64,000 bases of DNA from a virus. Lineage: Duplodnaviria > Heunggongvirae > Uroviricota > Caudoviricetes. A program made the translations under genes and the position numbers. The stretch spans positions 52,701 to 116,700 of IMG/VR virus record IMGVR_UViG_3300010213_000001; one strand, 5' to 3'. Within the stretch, counting starts at the first letter, position 1, and each line of letters starts with the position of its first letter. Below the pieces are notes generated by a model. The model worked only from the letters and a program-made list of their open reading frames with translations, did not search any database and had not been told where the DNA came from. Shown here piece after piece: positions 56,589 through 64,000 of this stretch.

Positions 56589-59032
56589 TATTCAGTCATT
56601 TTATAGATAAATTCTATATTCATATTTGATATACAAGCTTTAAGCTTATTAAACAATAGATCTACTTTATTAAATTGTTCTTTATAATCTAATTGTGTAA
56701 TGTCTTCTATAACTTTCTTATTATCTATACACTGAGATTTATTACCTAAAGCTTTATTATTTATGTCAAATATACTTAAAGATACGATATTAATTATATC
56801 ATTATTTATTATACCTATTAATTGATTTAATAAATTATATCTACTATAGCTGGGTATTAATGAGCTTTCGGATTTAGATTCCTCTACTATATAATCTTGT
56901 GTTTCATATATAGCTATTGTTATATATAATATAACAGGTAAAGTAGTAAATAAAGTATCTGACTTTAATATTGAGAAATAATCGTCAGACTCTATTCTAA
57001 TGACTCTATCTTTTACTCCTAAAGATTCAGCTTTCATTAATAATTTATCTATACTGATACCTGATGTAGATATGTATTTATAGTTTGTATCAAATTGATG
57101 TCGGTATACTTGTCTATAGCAACGCAACTCAGTAGGAAATCTATCTTTATTTCTAGGCTTACTATCAGAATTATAATCTATATACAATATCTTTTTATCT
57201 GAGTTCATAAATTTCTCATCTAATAACTCTCCAATTTTTATTTTGTGGTAATAATTATCAGCATTGTAAACAGGTATTACTTCATCTGTAGTTACTGTTG
57301 TTATACCCTTCAAATCATTATCAGATATATCACTATACATTATAAATCCAAATTCCCTAGCATCTTTCTCAATTTCTGCTACTAATAGTTTTTGCTTGGA
57401 GTCTATATCACTTAGTTTATTACTACTTATTTGATATAAATTATCAATTTTTTTACTCTCTATATATTTATTCTTAGCCTTATCTATCTTATTCCCTACA
57501 ATAAATATTGTATTTTTCTTATCACATAGATCTATATTCTCACTTCTATACTCTTTAGGATAATTAAATTCTTGCTTAATTAAATTAAGCTTATCATTAT
57601 ACTTTTGCCAATCACTAGGTATTGTTCCAATACGTAATTCATCATATATACTATTTCTAGGTAAATCAAATGTAGTTGACATCTCTCCATTTCCTATATT
57701 AAATGTTGTCATTTGTGGGGCATATAAATATGTAAAGATATTATCAGTTCTTGAACTGTGATTAAGTGTCAAATACTCTTGGAATTCTTTAATAGACTCC
57801 TCAATCTTATCTAATATTAAATCAACAACATTAATTGTCTTTCTTATATAGCCTTCTTTGATCGTATGAGTTTGTAAATCTATTGCCTCTGTTACAGAGC
57901 ATCTTTCCTCAGTGTTACCATCTACTTTATAATATACATATATATCACCTAAAATAATGCTTTCTCTAGATTCATTTGGTAATAAATCTGACGTCCCCAT
58001 CTTTATAGCCATACACATGTAATTGTGAGAATAATAACTATATCCATTAGATAAGTAATTGTAAATGTTTAAATATCTGTTTCTGGGGTCTGCAGAATCA
58101 ATAGTTACTGGAACTCTATAAGGTACTTTGTCTAATAGTACAGTCACACCACGATTATTACCTTCACTTACGTAACTATCCCATTCGTTCATTCCAAACG
58201 ATCTAAATAACTCATTTCTTTTTGTGTAAGTTGATAACTTGGAATCTATTGAACTAATTATAAAATTATTAAATTGGTAGAGTATATTCTCGTTTAAAAA
58301 TTTTTCTATTTTATAGAAATCTGGAATAGAGTATGCAATATTAGTAAAGAATTGCAATTGTTTAAATATCTCAAATAGAGCTCTTTTATGATCTTCCTCT
58401 TTTATAGGTATTATAACTTCAGTATAGTTAGTCTCATTCCTATAACTATCTACTACTGTAGATCTATCTAAATTTGTAGTGAAATTGGTAACTAATTGAG
58501 GGCTAGTTATCATAACTAACTGACCAAACCTAGACTCTTCCTTATACCTACTAAGTGTGTAGTTAGTTAATGTACCTTCAAAATAAGTATTATATACTAC
58601 TGCTTCTGTATATGTTAGCGTTGAGAGACGACCCTTGCCTTTCTGCCCAATGAAATCCTCACTGTTTTCTTTGGTTGACTTATTAAGGAATAAAAATACT
58701 TCATTCATTCTCTCTTGACTTATACCAACTCCACTAGATTCTTTAATAGTTAAGATATATCCTTGACCGTTTTCATTTTTATTAAAACTAACTACAACAG
58801 GATTATTAATAATATATTCTTGTTTATCTATTCCCAACTGTATAGCTCTTTCTATAGTAGCATCATATGCATTTGATACTAGTTCTGTTATAAATCTAAA
58901 TTTATTTACATATATATCAATACTAGCTTCTAATATCTTAGACTTATTGTCTATTGATATTTCAATATCTTGTACTTTCTTATCTTTTGAGTTTATATCT
59001 ACTTTATTTAGTAGAGCTTTATTGTTTATCAT
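56588..59032 (-). CDS. rIIA: rIIA-like protein (GHKL/HATPase N-terminus)
   Basis: ITELVSNAYDA, GVGIS, STKENSEDFIGQKGKG; 1-nt overlap with rIIB. Confidence 0.8.
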   Translation of the reverse strand: MINNKALLNKVDINSKDKKVQDIEISIDNKSKILEASIDIYVNKFRFITELVSNAYDATIERAIQLGIDKQEYIINNPVVVSFNKNENGQGYILTIKESSGVGISQERMNEVFLFLNKSTKENSEDFIGQKGKGRLSTLTYTEAVVYNTYFEGTLTNYTLSRYKEESRFGQLVMITSPQLVTNFTTNLDRSTVVDSYRNETNYTEVIIPIKEEDHKRALFEIFKQLQFFTNIAYSIPDFYKIEKFLNENILYQFNNFIISSIDSKLSTYTKRNELFRSFGMNEWDSYVSEGNNRGVTVLLDKVPYRVPVTIDSADPRNRYLNIYNYLSNGYSYYSHNYMCMAIKMGTSDLLPNESRESIILGDIYVYYKVDGNTEERCSVTEAIDLQTHTIKEGYIRKTINVVDLILDKIEESIKEFQEYLTLNHSSRTDNIFTYLYAPQMTTFNIGNGEMSTTFDLPRNSIYDELRIGTIPSDWQKYNDKLNLIKQEFNYPKEYRSENIDLCDKKNTIFIVGNKIDKAKNKYIESKKIDNLYQISSNKLSDIDSKQKLLVAEIEKDAREFGFIMYSDISDNDLKGITTVTTDEVIPVYNADNYYHKIKIGELLDEKFMNSDKKILYIDYNSDSKPRNKDRFPTELRCYRQVYRHQFDTNYKYISTSGISIDKLLMKAESLGVKDRVIRIESDDYFSILKSDTLFTTLPVILYITIAIYETQDYIVEESKSESSLIPSYSRYNLLNQLIGIINNDIINIVSLSIFDINNKALGNKSQCIDNKKVIEDITQLDYKEQFNKVDLLFNKLKACISNMNIEFIYKMTE

Positions 59033-59049
59033 AGTAAACTTTATAGAAT

Positions 59050-59077
59050 TAAAAAGGATAGTAATTACTATCCTTTT
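59050..59077 (-). terminator. Terminator-like 26-bp perfect palindrome
   Basis: AAAAGGATAGTAA|TTACTATCCTTTT. Confidence 0.6.
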
Positions 59078-59108
59078 ATATTAAATTAATAAGTATTTTA
59101 GAGATTGA

Positions 59109-59366
59109 TTACACTAAATCAGTATCATATCCTTCTTTTTGTAACTCTGCTAATTCTCTAGTAAAATCTCTAGCAGATAGAGTGATTGCTACTCCTGAAG
59201 GAAGAGCACAAAGCTCAGCTAGATCGCCAACTAAATCTTTACTCAAATCATCAGCAATAATTGTTATTACATACTGCCCTTTATTGTTAAGTGTAAAACG
59301 TACTTTGCCAGTAGCTAGAAAAACTGTATCTGTACTTTGGTTTGGTGTTAGATTATCTTGATTCAT
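59109..59366 (-). CDS. Hypothetical protein
   Basis: 85-aa ORF in the operon. Confidence 0.5.
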   Translation of the reverse strand: MNQDNLTPNQSTDTVFLATGKVRFTLNNKGQYVITIIADDLSKDLVGDLAELCALPSGVAITLSARDFTRELAELQKEGYDTDLV

Positions 59367-59372
59367 GTTAGT

Positions 59373-59681
59373 TTATTTTTTAAGTTTATTTATTTCTTTT
59401 TCAGATGCACAAAGCTTCACTATAATACCATATACTTTATCACTAAATATAGGACATCTTAATTCTTCCGATACATTTATATCACTGAGTACAGAATTAT
59501 TCAACTTGCTTGAGCTTCTTGATGTATAAGCTGCAGATTCTTCCATGTCTAGTAATATATGGATATTAGATAGTAAACTTATTCTATCTTCACTTGATAG
59601 TGAGTACCATATTTTTATTCCTAAGTCTGTAACATCACTTATTACTTGATCTACAGCATCTTTTGGTTCATTAACTTTCAT
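59373..59681 (-). CDS. Hypothetical protein
   Basis: 102-aa ORF in the operon. Confidence 0.5.
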   Translation of the reverse strand: MKVNEPKDAVDQVISDVTDLGIKIWYSLSSEDRISLLSNIHILLDMEESAAYTSRSSSKLNNSVLSDINVSEELRCPIFSDKVYGIIVKLCASEKEINKLKK

Positions 59682-59710
59682 AGTTTATTTATATTACGTA
59701 TTATGATCAT

Positions 59711-60580
59711 TTATAATTCATCTGGATCTATTCCAAATGTATCAAACCACCATTCTTTTGGTTTATATTTAAATTTAGCTTTTTGTGAATTTCTATTATA
59801 ATTATCCATTGCTTTTTTATATATTTTAATCTCTTCTTTATAAACTGATTGAGTTGATAATCTTGTGAAATCTTGATTCTTTGTTATTCTATAGTATAAT
59901 CTAATTAATTTACGTAAAATATATCCTTGCTTTTTGTTTGACGGAATTATATTAGAATTAATTAACTCTAGTATAGTTTCTTCTAATACTCTTTGTTGGC
60001 TATAATCCTCCCCATTTACAATCATATTTAATCTCTCTAGACCAAATCCAACATCTATACAATCTTTATTGGGATTAACTATATTACCAATCTCTATATA
60101 TTCATTATTATAGTAAGCATAGAACTCTGTACAATAACCTTCACTAATTCCGTCGGACCAAAAACATTCTAAATCTTCTCTAACTTCGACATCATAGTCT
60201 TCATAATAACTTGTCCACTCTTTATTGTTCGGGTGTATAGTTACATGATTGACTTCTATATTTAGACCAAGTAGAAATCCCATCCAAAAGTCTATTGCTT
60301 CCTTTACAGACAATTGTCTAAAGGAAAATAATCCAATCATATTAAAATATAATAGATGTGTACCATCTCCGACTTCTTCAATATCATTCATACGAAGACA
60401 CGGTTGTATATTAGCTATAGTTCCTTTATAATTTGTCTTTATTAAATGATTATATTGCTGGATTCCAGCAGGACAAAATAATGTAGAATCATTATAGGAC
60501 AATATACTTAGTCTTTTATTGTCAAAAGATATATTTTTCTCATTGCAATAATCTATAAACTCTTGCTTAATATCTATCAT
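59711..60580 (-). CDS. Truncated alanyl-tRNA synthetase-like protein (aminoacylation domain only)
   Basis: DSTLFCPAG, IQPCLRMNDIEEVGDGTHLLYFNMIGLFSF, CTEF, EIGNIV, IDVGFGLERL, SNKKQGYILRKLIR. Confidence 0.88.
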   Translation of the reverse strand: MIDIKQEFIDYCNEKNISFDNKRLSILSYNDSTLFCPAGIQQYNHLIKTNYKGTIANIQPCLRMNDIEEVGDGTHLLYFNMIGLFSFRQLSVKEAIDFWMGFLLGLNIEVNHVTIHPNNKEWTSYYEDYDVEVREDLECFWSDGISEGYCTEFYAYYNNEYIEIGNIVNPNKDCIDVGFGLERLNMIVNGEDYSQQRVLEETILELINSNIIPSNKKQGYILRKLIRLYYRITKNQDFTRLSTQSVYKEEIKIYKKAMDNYNRNSQKAKFKYKPKEWWFDTFGIDPDEL

Positions 60581-60588
60581 TTTTATTA

Positions 60589-61320
60589 TTAATTATTAAT
60601 ATAATTGATTAGTTCTTTAGACGATACTAATTTTGCTCCTAACTTAATACAAGCTTCAAAGTAATCCTGATGTACATCATAATGAGGATGTCCTTCAGCA
60701 TTGTGAAAGAAGGGAACATATTTAGTTTCTTCAGTTAAATTCTTAACAAATGAATGTAGTTTATCTAAATCTCTACACGCTAAATGAGAATGATCTTTCC
60801 ACGACTTTCTAGGAGTATCTATAACTATGGGAGTTTCTTCATTATTAGATAAATCTTCAACGCTACAATGATATATAGGACTGTCTGAGTTTATAGCAAA
60901 TCTAGTATATCTCTTATACTCAATTCCGTCAACTAATCGACTATAATCAGAGCGATTATACTTAATATGAGAGTCATCTTGCTCTATAAATACCATAGCT
61001 GATTTAGGTACAAGTATTAAATGTTTGCTTTTATCGACTTCAACTTCAGCATTTATAAAAGACAGAATAAGATAATCTTCTAGGTTAATGTTACTTATAG
61101 ATTGTAACTTACTACTAAGTTTTAGTAATTCTATATGTAGTTTTACTGTAAGTAGGTACAGAAATGTAGCGTCGGCTTCTCTCTTATCGTCATTGTCAAC
61201 TATATTAAGTGCAGTCTTTACAGGGACTATCCTATCTAGTTTGATTTTTCTTGGTATCAATCCTATTTTGACAATTGGCAATATACCCGACATGTCCCCA
61301 CATGTTATATATTCAATCAT
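60589..61320 (-). CDS. Hypothetical protein with C-terminal DUF4031-like domain
   Basis: SHLACRDLDKLHSFV...FHNAEGHPHYDV...IKLGAKLVSSKEL resembles DUF4031. Confidence 0.6.
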   Translation of the reverse strand: MIEYITCGDMSGILPIVKIGLIPRKIKLDRIVPVKTALNIVDNDDKREADATFLYLLTVKLHIELLKLSSKLQSISNINLEDYLILSFINAEVEVDKSKHLILVPKSAMVFIEQDDSHIKYNRSDYSRLVDGIEYKRYTRFAINSDSPIYHCSVEDLSNNEETPIVIDTPRKSWKDHSHLACRDLDKLHSFVKNLTEETKYVPFFHNAEGHPHYDVHQDYFEACIKLGAKLVSSKELINYINN

Positions 61321-62513
61321 AATGATTCAATGTAAAATAATCCTAATTTGTTTAATAAATATTTTAAAGTGTAATAATGTTTTATATATACGTGAGAGTT
61401 ATCTAGAGAATCAAGAGTTTCATAATCTTTATTGATATCTTTACAATATTTTAATAGATAATTATATAATAAAGATGGGTTAAGTAACATTTTACTTTTA
61501 TATATTAAAAACTCTATTTCATTAGATACAACATCTAATGAATGTTTAGAATAGTCAATTGGTAAATTATGTAACCTTGCTGAAGTATAACTAACATATA
61601 ATCCTGGAGATTGTTTGAAATCTTTTATATTATCTAGATTTATATTTAGATTCTTAGTAGGATTTGAGAGTAGAATATAAGAAGCTAATATATTATAAGA
61701 TAATTCTATAGAGTTAAAATCTAAATTAATCTCATCAATAATATCATCCATATAAATAACATTACCTTTTCTAGATGACATCTTCTCTCCCTTTAAGTTT
61801 ATTAATCCCAAACCTAAATGAGTAATGTTATCCTTATATCTGCTTAGTCCTACAACTTGTTTCAATTGATCAAAATGATTAGACTGCTCTCTACCTGTTA
61901 AGTATAGAGTTTTGTTGTCCAACTCTTCGACTAGAGCTACATCTTGATAAAAGTATGTAGTAGATTGGTTAGATTTTACACCAACTAGTTTATCTCCATT
62001 ATGTAATGTGAAGACTTTGGTTCCTTCATAATCATCTTTTCCTTCCTTTAGTAGTGATTTGTCCTTTAGGTTCTGTTTACTAGCAAAATACACCTTGTCT
62101 ACATTATAGCCAAAGTTAGTATAATTAATATTATCTAGATCTGTTCCTTCTAATGTATCACCATAGATAGCTATAGTATTCTTCGCTATTCCTAAACTAT
62201 CAAAAGCCTTAGCGTATACTAAATTACTAAAGTGTCCTATATGTAACTTCTTATTTAAGTTAGGACTGAACCCATCCATATATTCATATATAAAACTAGA
62301 TTTAATATATCTAATACAAATGTATGTATAATTATTAATGTATTCTATATTAACTATTTCAACTTCACAATTAGCACAATCAATATCTTTAGTTTCAAAC
62401 TTGCCATAACAACATAGTACTAGTAAACTAGAATCACTATCTATTAATTTACTAGTATCTATATTTGATGGTGGTGTGTTAAAGCTACAGAGTTTTACTT
62501 TGTAAGTAGACAT
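61317..62513 (-). CDS. Miniature arginyl-tRNA synthetase-like protein
   Basis: FSPNLNKKLHIGH (HIGH), TYFYQD, EQSNHF, KMSSRKGN (KMSKS) and GLYVSYTSARL (start of the DALR domain). Confidence 0.88.
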   Translation of the reverse strand: MSTYKVKLCSFNTPPSNIDTSKLIDSDSSLLVLCCYGKFETKDIDCANCEVEIVNIEYINNYTYICIRYIKSSFIYEYMDGFSPNLNKKLHIGHFSNLVYAKAFDSLGIAKNTIAIYGDTLEGTDLDNINYTNFGYNVDKVYFASKQNLKDKSLLKEGKDDYEGTKVFTLHNGDKLVGVKSNQSTTYFYQDVALVEELDNKTLYLTGREQSNHFDQLKQVVGLSRYKDNITHLGLGLINLKGEKMSSRKGNVIYMDDIIDEINLDFNSIELSYNILASYILLSNPTKNLNINLDNIKDFKQSPGLYVSYTSARLHNLPIDYSKHSLDVVSNEIEFLIYKSKMLLNPSLLYNYLLKYCKDINKDYETLDSLDNSHVYIKHYYTLKYLLNKLGLFYIESL

Positions 62514-62518
62514 AAAAA

Positions 62519-63238
62519 TTATATTAAATTTAAATCAAGTAAAATACTATTAACCTGTTTAGTTAAGTCTTCAATAGATCCATTATTATATATAGTATAA
62601 TCAGCTTTATTATTATCTAGTTCTGTCTCTGATCTATGACTATCGTGATCTATATCTCTATTAACTCTTATTATAATCCCTTCATTCTTTGTTATTGCTT
62701 CATATTCATTATTGAATCTTACATCATCAATAACCCATTTGGAATCTTTTGTATACTTATTGAATAATGAATTTACCCAAGTATTGGGATGTATAATATC
62801 TCTAAAACAATCAGTACCAATTAGTTGCATTAGTAATCTAGGAGTCATTTCTTGTTTTTTAACACCTAATACTAATGAAGGTCTAAACTCTTCAAGTATA
62901 GAAACATTAGTCTCTATGTCTTTAATATACTGAATTGCTTCCTGTTCTGTAGAATAAATCTTAATAGTGCTGTTACTTAGTCTATTAACAACTAGCCATC
63001 TATCCCAACTACTATCAAGCTTCTTGTTTTTGAATTCGTGGTGTTCCAAATCTTCTCTAGTACAATCTATAAGAATACATACTATATCTTTTAGTTTTCC
63101 AGCATATTTTTCCACTTTCCAAGACTCTGCACCACTAAGACCTTCATCTTTGTTTAATATTGTTGTAATAATGGATGATACAGTTGATTTACCAGAATAT
63201 ATTTTACCTACAATTCCTATAAGATTAATCTGCTTCAT
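62519..63238 (-). CDS. Deoxynucleoside monophosphate kinase (T4 gp1-like)
   Basis: GKIYSGKST, YAGKLK, TPRLLMQLIGTD, IDDVRFNNE, HRSE. Confidence 0.88.
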   Translation of the reverse strand: MKQINLIGIVGKIYSGKSTVSSIITTILNKDEGLSGAESWKVEKYAGKLKDIVCILIDCTREDLEHHEFKNKKLDSSWDRWLVVNRLSNSTIKIYSTEQEAIQYIKDIETNVSILEEFRPSLVLGVKKQEMTPRLLMQLIGTDCFRDIIHPNTWVNSLFNKYTKDSKWVIDDVRFNNEYEAITKNEGIIIRVNRDIDHDSHRSETELDNNKADYTIYNNGSIEDLTKQVNSILLDLNLI

Positions 63239-63527
63239 TTGTTTTGTATATAAGTAATTTACAATCTTTAATTATATTTAATATATCAGAATACTTTCCC
63301 TTATATTGAGTTGTCCACTCTTTATTGAAAAATGTTCTATTTTCATTTAGTTTATAAAATGATAGACTGAATTCTCCTTCCCTACGGAATATACTTTGAT
63401 ATATATCGAAGGTAATATTAGTAGTCTTATCTTTATATACTAACTTAAGCTTGTCATTTTTTATACATGGAATAGTTCTTCCATCTGTTATAAATAATTC
63501 GTAACCTGTAAAAGATATCCTATACAT
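63225..63527 (-). CDS. Hypothetical protein
   Basis: 100-aa ORF overlapping both neighbours. Confidence 0.5.
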   Translation of the reverse strand: MYRISFTGYELFITDGRTIPCIKNDKLKLVYKDKTTNITFDIYQSIFRREGEFSLSFYKLNENRTFFNKEWTTQYKGKYSDILNIIKDCKLLIYKTNEAD

Positions 63528-63979
63528 TAGTCTTTAATTCTATTGTATTGCTCTCTAAACCTCTGTTTAGTTCTAAAGTATTCATCGAATATACTATCTT
63601 TCATACATTTGTGGGTATTATTTGTTAAATCAAAATGCTCTTCAAAAGTCATCAACCATATGTTGTTCTTATTAAATTTCCATTTAGGAAAAGCTCCTTT
63701 AGGTAGAACATGTTCGAACTGCCCAACCCAATTAGGATGATCTTGACCTACAAGGAGCTTACCAGATATTTGGGATACATGAGGTCTCTCATTCCATATC
63801 TCTTTAAACATTTCTAACTGACTATTGGAGCTTGTTACAATATTAATCTTTGGATTTACCTTAACATTATTTTTAGATTTTGACTTTTGTAAAATACTAC
63901 ACGGCTTACACATTTTATTAGCCCATATATACTTGTCTTTATTACAAGATGTACAAGTCTTTTTCTTACGTTTTATCAC
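63527..63979 (-). CDS. HNH/NinG-like nuclease-fold protein with N-terminal Zn ribbon
   Basis: CTSC...CKPC; EIWNERPH...EHVLPKG...NNIWLM...EEH. Confidence 0.6.
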   Translation of the reverse strand: MIKRKKKTCTSCNKDKYIWANKMCKPCSILQKSKSKNNVKVNPKINIVTSSNSQLEMFKEIWNERPHVSQISGKLLVGQDHPNWVGQFEHVLPKGAFPKWKFNKNNIWLMTFEEHFDLTNNTHKCMKDSIFDEYFRTKQRFREQYNRIKD

Positions 63980-64000
63980 TATTAAATATGTTGTAGTTTA

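Noticed and set aside
1-64000. Stop-codon reassignment (TAG/TGA), known in some crAss-like phages
   Set aside because: ORFs up to 14 kb are uninterrupted in code 11, coding density is high, and genes ending in TAG or TGA abut their neighbours normally.
1-64000. tRNA genes, CRISPR arrays or DGR repeats
   Set aside because: Intergenic gaps are short and AT-rich; I saw no cloverleaf, repeat-spacer array or reverse transcriptase.

Overview
This AT-rich 64 kb window comes from a large crAss-like (Crassvirales-related) tailed phage, probably infecting Bacteroidota. The + strand (1-44973) is the late virion-cargo and lysis arm. It holds small crAss-type virion proteins, a putative holin, a YkuD-like endolysin and several cargo proteins sharing a short xxGG motif. 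Four giant, probably ejected proteins follow: 2972 aa with an SF1 helicase, 4649 aa with the virion RNA polymerase catalytic core, a 2529 aa polyvalent protein, and 1554 aa. A bidirectional terminator at ~45.0 kb separates this arm from a convergent - strand metabolic/replication arm. That arm encodes GroEL, a Dps-like protein, DNA ligase, a macrodomain protein, NrdA/NrdB, rIIA/rIIB, miniature AlaRS and ArgRS, a dNMP kinase and an HNH protein. Five observations stand out. (1) The four giant proteins are almost Cys-free but have single Cys residues at each adjoining terminus, suggesting a head-to-tail disulfide-linked ejection chain. (2) A complete -1 frameshift cassette at 5185-5238 would fuse two cargo ORFs. 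(3) The virion RNAP appears split across two genes. (4) A shared hydrophobic-x-x-G-G motif marks the cargo proteins. (5) Two minimal aminoacyl-tRNA synthetases sit in one cluster. All calls come from motif recognition by eye; no database searches were run.
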